Below, piece by piece: positions 13,914-27,600 of a stretch of 64,000 nucleotides of DNA. Under the pieces are notes generated by a model that was not told the origin of the DNA, searched no databases, and saw nothing but the letters and a program-made list of their open reading frames with translations. The first letter of the stretch is position 1. Each line of letters opens with the position of its first letter. This DNA is from Hormiphora californensis. Its lineage: Eukaryota; Animalia; Ctenophora. The translations under genes were made by a program, and so were the position numbers. The DNA lies in assembly GCA_020137815.1 (NCBI GenBank), contig CM035359.1, forward strand, positions 1,302,001 to 1,366,000, in the 5' to 3' direction.

Positions 13914-14321
13914 TTCTTATTGCAACATATCCATCATTGTTGAGCAAAGAATGCGGTTGTCTTGTTCAAAACTCTCTCACAAAAATTGTAAAGGAGGGTT
14001 AGAAAATAATGAGGATGGGTCATGAGGGTGGTTCGAGATACATGAAAAGCCGCTTTATGATACCTTTTTGTGTGTGTTTTTGTGTGTTCAGATTCATTGG
14101 GTTTTTCGACATTCTCTATGTATTATTATTTTTTCAGACTATTTAAACAATTAGTTATTTGTTTTGAAAAAGAAATCACATGTTATCACATCGTACATGT
14201 CACCTAGCTGCATTGTAAATTGTTTTTGATTTTGTTTCGACACGTCATTGCCGATATTTATTATCAAAATACCACTGTTTTGTATATCACCTTCTATCGT
14301 TTAGGAGGTACGACCCTGTTT

Positions 14322-17300
14322 TTAGTTTGAGCTAACTCCCTTCGGGTGATGTTTCCTCACGAAGTAGTCTGTGGAACTGAACTCACACTTTGGAACATCG
14401 CAGTAGGCCCAACGTTTGAAGAAGTAAGTTGTGTAGCACCATGGCCTGTTGTCACTGCCAGGGTTCGGATTTCTGAAAGAGGTAAATAAGAGGTTGTCAT
14501 TCCTGGAAGAGGTTGAGAATACTTAAGGCCAGAGGGGGGGGTCCGGGGGTATAAAAAGTCACCTTCGGTCTCTGGTCCGGCTCGAAGAGCCGGACCAGAT
14601 GAAATTCTCAGAATCGATTTTGTGCGCACCGTCTAGGAGAAAATTGAGGTTAACTTTTGTCCAAAATTTAATGTTAACCTCATTTATTCATGAACCACAA
14701 TAGCTGAGAAGCTAAATTTAGTACTGAATGATAGGTCTAGTTACAAGGTCAACTCAAACGAAGTTTCAGACCTCTATACCTAAAGGTTGGAAAGAAATCT
14801 GAGGTTAACTTGATTCCCGAAAACTATGTTTTTCTTGAATAGCTCGGGCGAAATTTGGGCCAGTCTATGTCGTTTCATTTGAGAACCACTTATCCGTTAA
14901 CCTCAGAAATTGGCAGGGATGTTCCTCTGATGGTCCTCTACAAATTTGGTGTAGCGATTTTTGATATCTGTCCCCGTTCAAAAATTATGAGGTTAACAAT
15001 GCATTTTTAGCCGACCGGGCTCTATTGTTAACCTCATAATTTTTGAACGGGGATAGATATCAAACATCGCTACACCAAATTTGTAGAGGACCATCAGAGG
15101 AACATCCCTGCCAAGTTCTGAGGTTAATAGATAAGTGTTACTCAAATGAAACGACATAGACTAGGGGAAAATGAGGCAAAAATAAGTGCCTAGAATATAA
15201 CTTTCCCGAAATTCAGTTAACCTCAAATTTCTAAACCTCCAGATGGTGTAGCGATCTAAAATTTTCCATAAGTCAACATTATTCCTATAGCAAGCGTTTG
15301 ACACTAAATTTGTCCATACAGGCCGAACAGAACCTGAATTATTGAGGTTAACAATCAAATAAGAGCAAATGTTAACCTCAAAAAACAGGGGGTTCTGATA
15401 CACTTGGCGCACAGTTACCCTATCCAAAACTTTCCTACCTTCGAGTTTTATCACATATGTAAACCTCAGAAAAGTATACTTTTTGACCCTCGGACCCCCC
15501 CCCCCCCCTCTGGCCTTAAAAGAGGTTGAGAGGTTTATGAACCAATAGTAGTCGGGGTCAAACAAAAGGGAATGATGATAGATTGGAAAGAATAGAGAGT
15601 TATATGGTCGGACTGAGGCTACGGTTTCCTCCTGAGTTACCATAGTTACCAAACTCCATAGCAACGAGTTATACCTGCAGTTACGGTGATGTCCTATTCC
15701 ATAGTGTTCTGCGTTGTAGTTGCTATCGTAGGAGTGAGGGTGCGGAAAGTTGCTATACCAATCATTGCAGTTGTAGCTGAAACAATTTTAAATTCTGAAA
15801 GCTGAAACGTCCACGAGATAAGAGCTACCCCATGTTAGACCTATCACATGCCCGAATGTTAGTACAGACTTCTGAATTCTTACGCAATCGGAAGATAACA
15901 TGACAAAGCTATAATCATTTTGTCGCCAAAAGTAACGAAAGTTTGTTCGAATTCCGATAAAATATGATTCAATCACCTTTTATTTGAGTTATCTCTCAAA
16001 TGTGTTCCTAAAGCTACCTGTTTCCAACAGTTCGGGTCCTAATGGTACCTGTTTCCAACAGTTCGGGTCCTAATGGTACCTGTTTCCAACAGTCCTAATG
16101 GTACCTGTTTCCAACAGTTCGGGTCCTAATGGTACCTGTTTCCAACAGTTCGGATCCTAATGGTACCTGTTTCCAACTGTTCGGGTCCTAATGGTACCTG
16201 TTTCCAGGTGTGCGGACTCTAGTGCTACACTCTAAGTCTACAGTGGACTCTATCTAAATTTAGATTTAGATAAAGAGTCCAAATAAGTCTAAACTCTAGG
16301 AGGACTCTTTATCTAAAAAGTCTACACAGGGCGGACTCTTTATCTAAAAAGTCTAAACAAAGTGGACTCTATATCTACATCTAACTATATCTAATGCAAA
16401 TTTGCACGGAAATATGACACCATATCGTCAGTGTGACGACGTGATCCGTCAGTGTGACGACGTGATCCGTCAATGTGACGACGTGATCCATCAGTGTGAC
16501 GACGTGATTCGTAGGTATCACGTATCACACGTGTTGAGAACTGCTTGCGACTTGAGGGGTCACATCACATGTATAAAAGGGAGAGAAAGAGAGAAAAAGA
16601 GAGGGATCACATCACATAGCATATAGCAGACAGGCAGAGAGAAAAACAGACCCCTCGATTTGCGATCGGTACGATCGCCCCAGTTTTGCTAGTAAATCTA
16701 AATTAGATATAGAGTCCGCCTTTCGCCGCGAACTCGAGATTTCGGCCGTTAGGCCGGAAACGAGAGTTTGCTCTACCCCTATACTAATTTAGAAGTGTTA
16801 GGGCCGTTATTTGGGTTCGAGGTTAGGGTTAGGGTTAGTGTTAGGGTTAGGTTTTGGGTCGGGTTAGGATTTTAGACATAGAGTCCGGGTTGGAGGATTT
16901 GGCGCCAAAATGTACTAGAGGACTCTATATCTAAAAATTCTACACATGGCGGACTCTTTATCTAAAAAGTCTACACAGGGAGGACTCTCTATCTAAACTT
17001 TTTTCAAAATCTAACTGTAGATAAAGAGTCCGTTTTTAGATATAGAGTCCGCCCTGGATTTAGATAAAGAGTCCGTTAGCACTAGAGTCCGCCCACCCTG
17101 TTTCCAACTGTTCGGGTCCTAATGGTACCTGTTTCCAACAGTTCGGGTCCTAATGGTACCTGTTTCCAACAGTTCGGGTCCTAATGGTACCTGTTTCCAA
17201 CAGTTCGGGTCCTAATGGTACCTGTTTCCAACAGTTCTGGTCATAAAACTACCTGTTTCCAACAGTTCTGGTCATAAAACTACCTGTTTCCAACAGTTCG

Positions 17301-18602
17301 GGTCCTAAAACTACCTGTTTCCAACAGTTCGGGTCCTAATGGTACCTGTTTCCAACTGTTCGGGTCCTAATGGTACCTGTTTCCAACAGTTCGGGTCCTA
17401 ATGGTACCTGTTTCAAACAGTTCGGGTCCAAAAACTACCTGTTTCCAACAGTTCTGGTCATAAAACTACCTGTTTCCAACAGTTCTGGTCATAAAACTAC
17501 CTGTTTCCAACAGTTCGGGTCCTAAAACTACCTGTTTCCAACAGTTCGGGTCCTAATGGTACCTGCTTCCAACTGTTCGGGTCCTAATGGTACCTGTTTC
17601 CAACAGTTCGGGTCCTAATGGTACCTGTTTCCAACAGTTCTGGTCATAAAACTACCTGTTTCCAACAGTTCGGGTCCTAATGGTACCTGTTTCCAACAGT
17701 TCGAGTCCTAATGGTACCTGTTTCCAACAGTTCGGGCCCTAATAGTACCTGTTTCCAACAGTTCGGGTCCTAAAACTACCTGTTTCCAACAGTTCGGGTC
17801 CTAATGGTACCTGTTTCCAACAGTTCGGGTCCTAAAACTACCTGTTTCCAACAGTTCAGGTCCTAATGGTACCTGTTTCCAACAGTTCAGGTCCTAATGG
17901 TACCTGTTTCCAACAGTTCGGGTCCTAATGGTACCTGCTTCCAACTGTTCGGGTCCTAATGGTACCTGCTTCCAACTGTTCGGGTCCTAATGGTACCTGT
18001 TTCCAACAGTTCGGGTCCTAATGGTACCTGTTTCCAACTGTTCGGGTCCTAATAGTACCTGTTTCCAACTGTTCGGGTCCTAATGGTACCTCTTTCCAAC
18101 AGTTCGGGTCCTAAAACTACCTGTTTCCAACAGTTCGGGTCCTAATGGTACCTGTTTCCAACTGTTCGGGTCCTAATGGTACCTGTTTCCAACTGTTCGG
18201 GTCCTAATGGTACCTGTTTCCAACAGTTCGGGTCCGGTACCCACGGTAATCTTGTCCCAGCTCGGTATAACATTCAACGTTCCACTTGCACTTGGGTACA
18301 CCACAGTAATCCCACGATCTGTCTGGATCCGTTGTATAACACCAGGGACCTGTAACAGGATGGTTGGTTACCATGGTTACCATGGTTACATTCTAAAGAC
18401 TAGGTAGATACTAGTTGTGCCACACCAGGGACCTGTTAGAATATGACTTGAGTTGTTACCATTTTTAGGAAGAGAGGGAGAGCCGAGAAAAGTTAGCTAG
18501 GGGAGGGCCTTGAACAAATGTTCGTAGCGCTATAATACATAGCTGGACAGGATTGTTGTGTAGCATGTCTCTCTAGCTTTAAATTCCTCGCCCTAGTATA
18601 AA

Positions 18603-18684
<82 letters not shown>

Positions 18685-21600
18685 ACTCTTCCTTTTAAAA
18701 GAGATTCCCAAATCACACCGATTTAGAAAATCAGCTCGCTTTCCCAGATGACTTTATTTAAGATAGAGAGAGAGAGGTGCGGAGAGAACGAGAAAAGTTG
18801 GAGAGCTGTTATAGATAGCTAGTGACCGTTGTGTTTGATGTGTTGAGATAACCAAAAGTGAAGTTCTGACCCTTTCCTCCAAATCTACCGGGAGCGGTGG
18901 GAGACGGTTGAGGAAGGCAACAAAATGAGGTGTTTCCTGTTTCTCGTGTTGTTACTCACCACCGAAGGTATGGCACTTGTTATTATACGTATACCGCATA
19001 TATCATCACCTTTTATTGTACTGCAATTAGACTTCACAGCCAAATTATATCAGTAAATTATCTGATTATTGTTTATCATTTAAGCGTGGAGTCCAGTTGT
19101 TCGTAGTACCTTCATCCCAATTGATCTGGAGAGTACCCCTCTTCAAATTAAAACTAAGTCTACCGTCGGGAGTGATGAATGTATCTATTTGAATGCATAC
19201 ACTGTAGATGACCAACACATTGGATTCTTGCAAGTGAGTTTCATATCACAAATAAGATGTTACATTGAGTCCTGTACTAGCGGCGGGACGGACTTCACAG
19301 TACAGCCAGGAGATGAAGTGGACAAGACGTGGACATTTCAAAAGACAGCTACTGCCCTTATTGTACAGTGTAATGGGGTGGAGGTTCTGAACTATAAGTT
19401 CAGTGACGGTGCTAGGACTGATTGTGCATCAACGTGGGGAGGAGATGTAGTAAAGACGATTAAATTTGACGAAGGGGACACTGCATCTGAAAGCTATCAG
19501 GAGAAACTTCCAGGTAATTATAACAATTATCAGGAATCGGGAAGCCAAAAATCATTCAAATCATATTTTACATCAGCCACTTCATATTGCCCCTCTTTCC
19601 CCGCGACTACATGTTTTTACAGAAATGTGTACAATAACTTCACCTTAAAGGTTGACAAGATACCTAAAACTTTTCGTATATCGTCTTATTTTGATTTATC
19701 ATTAATTTTCAGCATTTTTTCAGAATTTTTTGTCGGCTAGAAATATGTGCAAAATAGGGGGTCTACTGACAAATGAGTGTGCCTTTTTTAAAATTGATAC
19801 TGGAATATCTCCGGTTCCTGATGAGATACAGAAACCGTTTTGGTAGCGTTGGAAAGGTCTTATTAAGGCCAATCCAACGCAACCAAGATCAAGTAGCTAT
19901 CTTTTGAGGAACCGGAAACGTGAATTTCAATTTGCGAGACGCAGTGAGTGTGCCCAGTAAAACCAGTGCTGACAATATCGGTAGACCCCCTATTTCGAAT
20001 TTTTTTCTAGCCGACAAAAAATTCTGAAAAAATGCTGAAAATTAATGATAAATCAAAATAAGACGATATACGAAAAGTTTTAGGTATCTTGTCAACCTTT
20101 AACAAAGATATTTAGTGCACTGGGTTCCAAAAAATTTTCTATTACACGTGCTACTAATTCTTCAAAACAATGACAACAAAGAACACTTATTTGTAAACGT
20201 GCCAACCTTATACCTAGCTAGACTGTGTTTCACGGGCGGGGCGGGTTAGAACATAACAACCAACCTTTTACAATCCAATCCTAATTTACTGAGAATTACG
20301 CGATTGACTCCTATGCAGTTTATGGGACCATGCAATGCACACAGTTAACAAATTAATCATAACTGAAAGCGCTTGTGCGATTGCACAATTGTGAAGTTCG
20401 CTCCATATTTTCAGTCGTCTATAGAAAGGCCCCAAATCATATCCCTTCGGTAAAATTGAACTTTTATTTTTGCCTCAATTATTTTGTTCAAACCGTGGGG
20501 CGTGCAGGGCGATAAGGCCTCAACTAACCTTCAGTATGTATTTGAGGGTATTCTGCACTGCAGTAACCCTGCTGTTACTCCCATCCATGTAGGAAGACGC
20601 ACAGACACCTTCCCATTTATACACACAAGAACTGCACGTGTTACAATATAGTGGACTTGCAGGATATTATAATGTAGAGGTTATATATTATAATGAGGTC
20701 TCAAGAACTCTGAAGAGAAGTTCAAGAGCTGATAGTTCCAAGTTATGAGATGAGCATTGAACTATATATTCTGTGTGTATGGTAGAAACATTATTGTCTT
20801 CGAGAACACTAGCATGCTTGCATGTAATAAGTTCCTTCGGTAGTGTTAGATGTTTGTTAGCTATTTGGCAAAGACGTCATATGCTTCTAATTTCTAAAAT
20901 CCCTCTAATTTTTGGCAAAATTTCCACTTTGAAACTCATGTATTACAGGCTAGTGTACTCAATTACTGATGGAGACACGGTGAGAGAATTATAATGGGAG
21001 CACTAAATATACGTCTAAAATTTAACGCTTTAATTTGACGCACATACCTTCGTTGTAACTAGTTTTGTGTTAGTACTGTGTGTTGTCACAATGTCACAAA
21101 CCAGTTGACAAAGACATCTATTCTAGATGATGATGACATCATTGTATGGAATCAAGTCTACTCCCATGAACCTTGTAAAACCTTGTAAAACAATCACCAT
21201 CTCACAACACCATATATGGACACCACGTGACACACAACACCATATTTGGACACCACGTGACACACAACACCATATATGGGCACCACGTCACATCTTTATT
21301 TCACTCACCATTAGCATCGTTATCACCATACTATATGATGGGCACCACGTCACATCTTTATTTCACTCACCATTAGCATCGTTATCACCATACTATATGA
21401 TGGGCACCACGTCACATCTCTCTTATTCACTCACCATTAGCATCATTATCAGGGTTCCGGCAGTAGTTGTGATTCCCGATACCCCGTCCGTTTTTCCAGT
21501 TTGTGTTATGGGGATAGTTACTCTGCCAGTTCTGACAGGTAACGCCATGCTGGGTTTTACTACGGTACCCTATGTAACGGTAACCGTTCTCAACGAAGCA

Positions 21601-24600
21601 CATAACACTGCTAACGGCTGGCCGGAGGGCGTACCTGTAGGATGATAGAGATAGTTTAGGTCTCGAGCTACCTGAGATTCATGTAGATTGTAAGTGAGGT
21701 GAAAAAAGAAATCAGGAGGAGAATAGTATAAATGAGAGTACAATCTGATAGTAGAAACGAGGAAAGGGTGATGATAGCAGGAACCGACCGAAACAACCAA
21801 TCAGAACTCGTTATTTAGGTCACGTGACTGGTTATCAGCAAATCAGGGACCAGCATTTCCTGATCAGGTCGGTTCCTGGATGATAATATCTGTATCACGG
21901 ATCAGTTAGAGCTTCTTACCAGTTCCTGCTAGACATGTGAGAAATCCGGGGATTTTGGTTGCCATTATTCGTGTCTGACCGGTAGTCACCCTCTCTCAGC
22001 CTCATCTTGTAACCGTTATACCTGTCATATAGTGGTATATTAGGAAAATTCGGTGACCACAAGCCTAGCTGCAAGGTCTTATACCAACAACGATGAATAG
22101 ATTTACAAAATAGTAATCTGTGATAAACTGTAAGCTGATATATATATCAGAATTACATAATATAGACAGTAACCTGTTCTCACTAAAAAGATACCAATCC
22201 CCACTGAGGACACGGAAACTCCTGACATTGCGAAGGAAACTCCCCGGAAGTTGGGTTCTCCTATCGTATAACGTTATCACCTGCAGCAGGAAGTGATATC
22301 GATCACTTTATACATTATTGAAAGGAAATGATACAATAATAACGTATCATTTCCTTTGAATATAAATATCATGTAACCATATTTAGATTTATTTATTTAT
22401 CAGTCGACCTTTACTTGCTTTTGCTTTCAATATGTATTACAAATTACCAGGAAGCGACCGAATATTCGGTTCGGTTCGGTTCGGTTCGGAAATTCGGTGT
22501 TTTTTGGGCGGTTCGGTTCGGTTCGGTTCGGTAGGAAATTTTGGCCGAACCACCGAATTTTTTGGTCAAAAAATGCCCAGAAATCGGGCTTTTTCATGCA
22601 AAATTTTTCAATTATTTCACGAAAATTGTATGGATTTCAATGTCAATTTCGCCGTATTAACCCTACTAGTAAACCCGTTCGCCCTACGGGCGAATTTCAG
22701 GGAAATGGTGGCTGGATTAGGGAACATCAGCAGCCGTTCCTAGCCAACATTGATCGGCTTTAGCTTTTGGACAATTGCAGTCTCGCGAATGTCACCAATC
22801 TCGAACTGTCGACATGCACCATCCCATCTTAAGTTACGGTAACGTAGAAGCAGCTCAGGTGGGATCACTGAGAGTTTTAGAACGTCAGCTAATGATGATC
22901 AGGCGATCAAAGTGATAAAAGAACTTACTATTTTGCTGATTCCTCGCGTTTTGTCTGTTTAATCTACAACGTCTTGTTCGTTCTCTTGGCGTTGCTGCAA
23001 GCCGGTTTTCCGAAAAAGGCGTTGCTGCATCTAAACCCCTCAGTGTATTGAAAAGTTGAGAATGGCGTTGAGATCTTGCTTCAGTAACTATCTCCAGCTG
23101 TCGCTGTCTTATATCAGCAGTAGTTGAAGAAGGCATATTTAGCTGGAACACACACAACAAAGCAAGATCAAATGCACGTGCAGCACAGTAGCAACCATGC
23201 CATTGGCAACGGCTCCCATCCCTGGCCCCACTCCAGCTAGTAGTACTCCACCTCTAAACCTGCACGTGCTAAATCCCATATAAGGCAAAAAACGTTACAC
23301 AGGATTTCCCTATTTGCTTTAATAATAGTATGATTTCGAATTGGTGGTGCTATGTGGAAATGATTTCGCTAGTTAGCGGGTTCGATATGGATTGATTTGA
23401 TACCTGACTTCCCGTCGAATCGTGTCCTCATGAGAGGGTCAACAAATTCAGAAACTTTTTTTTTCAAAAAATTCATGGAGAGCACCGATCAAGGTGTTAA
23501 GAATCATTCTCTGAAATTTTGTAAAAAAGTTTGGAAAATATTTCAAAGTCAATTTTATGGAAAATTTTCTATGTCAATTTTTGCGTACGAATCGTGTTTC
23601 GAATCGGTATTGCTAAGCGGGAGTGATGTTGCTAATTAGTGGGTCCGAGATGGATTATGCTGATACGTGATCCCCCATCAAATCTAATTAGGAAGTTTAG
23701 GGGAAACGATTCATGTTTCAATAAATCCTGCTAATTAGCGAGAGCACTGCCGCATAGCATCACCGATTCGCAACACGATTCGTACGGCAAAATTGACATA
23801 GAATTTTTTTCCGAAATTGACTTTGAAATATTTTACAAAGTTTTTTCACAAAATTAAATGCTTCTCTAAAAATTCATGGAGAGCATCGATCAAGGTATTG
23901 AGAATCATTACCTGAAATTTTGTGAAATTTTTTTGTGAAAAATATTTTAAGTAAATTATGGTATACGAATCGTGTTTCTAATCGACAATGCTAAACGGGA
24001 GTGATGTTGGTAATTAGTGGGTCCGGGATGGATTGTGCTGATACGTGATCCCCCATCAAATCTAATTAGGAAATTTAGAGAGACACGATTCATGGTTCGT
24101 TTAATCCTGCTAATTAGCAATACCATTCCCGTATAGCATTGCCGATTCGAAACACGATTCGTACGCAAAAATTGACATAGAAAATTTACGATAAAATTGA
24201 CTTTGAAAATTTTTTCACAAAATTGACTTTGAAATTTTTTCAAACATTTTTTAACAAAATTTCAGAGAATGATTCTCAATACCTTGATCGGTGCTCTCCA
24301 TGGCTTTTTAGAGAAACATTTATACAGAAAAAGTTTTGTATGGTTCGGTTCGGTTCAGTTACCGAAATTCGGTTCGGTTACCGAAATTCGGTTCGGTTCG
24401 GTTCGGTTCGGTTCGGTAAAAAAGTTTTTCGAATTCGGTTCGGTTCGGTTCGGTGGAAAAAAAACCGGTTCGGTCGTTTCCTGCAAATTACACAGTTTTG
24501 ACAACTGAGTACCTGTCCCTGCATGTTTTGCCCGGTTGCCAGCTGGATTGCTGGCCCCTCACAATCAGAGGCATCCGATCCACCGGTCGAGTAGGTCACG

Positions 24601-27600
24601 TGATTCTGGGGACATCTATTACAGGATGAAGAGCCTGGAAGTGGGTTAGAAAATGTAAAATTGTGTGTTCTTTATCTGTTTTATAGTAGAGTCGATTTAA
24701 CTACATCGACCCCTACATCTTTACCTTCTGAGTCTTGGTATGTGTCCCAGTCACATTTCTTGCACGAGGTTTGGTTACGAGCGTTTTGATAGAACCCACG
24801 TGGACAGTCTTCACACCTGAGTGAGACATTGTAGTTTATACAATGTACAATGTACAATGTACATATAAGATGAAATTGTCAGGTTGCCTGACGGGACAAT
24901 ATATCAGCTGATTCATCTGTAACCAGTAAAAATAAGAAGGGTTGTTGCACGATTAGCTGCTACCATCATCATACCTGATTCTTCCATTGTCGATCACCAC
25001 TTTCCTCCCCACGTCACATGATGTAAAGTGACACTCCTGCCTGGAGACACTCCCCGCGCTATCAGTTGTCTGGCCACTCGGGCACTTCCTACATGCTACA
25101 CCGTTCTCAGCCTCCTGGTAGTAGCCCTTGGGGCATTCCTGGCATTCCGCAGCGCCCTCATTGGGCTGGACCGTACCACGTGGACACGCAAAACAGAAGT
25201 TTTGGCCTAGCTCAACCTGGTAGGTTCCCACCGGGACACTTCTGGCAGTCAGTGGCAGACGTTTGGTTGTTATAGCTGCCCTTACCGCACATTCGACATG
25301 CGGGCATGCCAGTTTCGTTACCAAATGTCCCGGGCTCACACGCGTAACAGGAAGTGAGGCCTGTAGAGTTGGCGAACTGACCAATTGGGCACATGTCACA
25401 CGAGGCAGGAGCTGAGTCAGGAGTCAGAGAAATGAGCCCATGGGGCAACTCTCACATGAAACTCCATCGGTGTAAGTTTCCAGCCCCACATGATTTACAA
25501 GACAGGGAACCTCTGTCAGGGGCCCAGGTGCCGGCTGGACACCGGTTACACGGTGCCTTGCCTGTGAGTGAGAAGTGTCCCTGGACACAAGTCCTCCAGA
25601 CACTGTGTCACATTAGTCGACCCCTCATCCAGTGTGTCAGTACCATTGGGACAGTTTATACAGGAGGCTAGCAGCGTACTCTGATTGGTAGGTATCCTCA
25701 GGACATGGTAGACACGAGGTGGAACCCTCGTTTGGGGCGTGTGTTCCCCGGGGAGCACTTTCTGCAGGGGCCGTAGTTTCCCGAACGGGAGGAGTACCCC
25801 GTGGGACAAGGTCCGGAGCACTGGCCCTCCCAGGAAATGTAGGAGTAGACCTTGTTAAAGTAATCATCCTCGGACAGCGATGTAGAAGTCCACTCCGTCA
25901 GTGTAGGCGATGACACCGGCACTGCACAGCATCTTGGCCATCTCACAGCTGCTGGGATACTCGGCTAAGTGAGCTGTCACAGACGGGCCGAGGGGTGATA
26001 ATCCCCGTGCAGTTGGGGCAGTTGCCACCTGGAGGGGGAACATGTCTCGTTAGAGCGATCGATTTAGCCAGGACTCTATTTGCAACACAATACAAATACA
26101 CACCGCAAGGACAATGCAGCCAGGACACCTAGGACAGGTCTGTATCATACGGCCCTGTTAGTTAGATACTTGCAAAAATATTTCGTGTTTTATATTCCAG
26201 CCGCCTAGTCCCCCCTGGCCCCAAATAGATGTAAAACCTAACTATTTCAACCCCTTTTAACCATTTTAACCACCGTATATCAACCCTGAAATTCTGTAAC
26301 CATGGCAACCCTGTTATGATCTGTATTACCCACCTCCACCGTCATCTGAGCAGGGACCCATGTTGGCTATGTAAGACGACACCATCATGTCCACGGGGAG
26401 GGTATTCAGGTCCGCATCTGAGTTCAGTGTTATCACTCCATCCTTGATAAAAAATGGGGCATTTTAGAATCTAGGTAATTCGTTAGGGTTATGGCTGTGG
26501 GATACTTAATTTTTAGGGGCCTTGGGAGGGACCGGCAACTAATTAATTAACTGAAAACCACATTTACTATATTGAATTAAGCGTCGGCAGCAAGCATTAT
26601 TTAGTAAAAGTTTGGAAAGTATCCAATAATGCAACAGTAGCACCATCCAGTGTACACCAACCATGCTGCATGCCCACATTTTGTTGCATACAGACGGAAA
26701 TATTCAGGAATGCAAAACATAATTGGTATTTCCGCTAAAATATTCATGACATTAAATCGTGCGAAGAGTTTACTCTAGGCGTTTGTAGAAGCCAGCTGCT
26801 TTCTTCCCATAGCTTTAGATTGCTCTTAGAATTGGTATGCATTTATCGACTCATATATAATGTCACTTCAGCTAAGGACTTCCCCGATAATAATAAAACG
26901 ATTGGCATTATAAGGACTCAGGATTTAATGATTTAATCTATCGTTTAATTATCTACTTATACTTATACTTCGCCTTTTTTACTTGGTGCATCTGCATTAA
27001 ATGCAGTAATAGATGTCAAGAGCATGCCCACTTACGCCCTCTGCACATATATAACGTGCGATAATTGCCTCCTTAGTCATTATAGCTCACGATCAACGTC
27101 GCCGTTATAGCCTCGATCGAACGTAGGGGTAAGCCAATAAAACACATGAGTCCAGCATTAATTAGCCCAGCATTAATTAGTTCTACTATAAAAGGGGTCT
27201 TGCACGTGAGTTAACTATAAGTTCTTAAATCAACTGCGCTCAGTTAGGGTTTGAGGGAGGAGGGATTATAGGGATTAGTTACAGCCGGATCCCGATTTAC
27301 CGGGTAGGGAAAAATTCCTGTCATTCTGGTAAATATGGGTTCGACTGTACTTACCATAGTTACCTGAGTCCCGTGACCCGCATTAGTTACCATGGTAACT
27401 AATGCAGGTCACGGGACTATATAATGCATTATATAGTTACCTGGCAGAGAGCGATGAGAAGTTCGCAGGTGCTGGCATGAGTAACTCCATCAAATCTGAG
27501 TCCCGTGACCCGCATTAGTAACCATGGTAACTAATGCAGGTTACGGGACTATATAATGCATTATATAATTCAAAATTAGCTTGATGGCTATACAGTGCTC

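Noticed and set aside
19810-19850. CTGATGA...GAAAC motif resembling a hammerhead core
   Set aside because: No proper stem II/III or NUH triplet with stem I; it is a simple hairpin within a DNA-transposon MITE
22432-24599. FGSVR-repeat ORFs
   Set aside because: Translations of (TTCGG)n subterminal repeats of the hAT element
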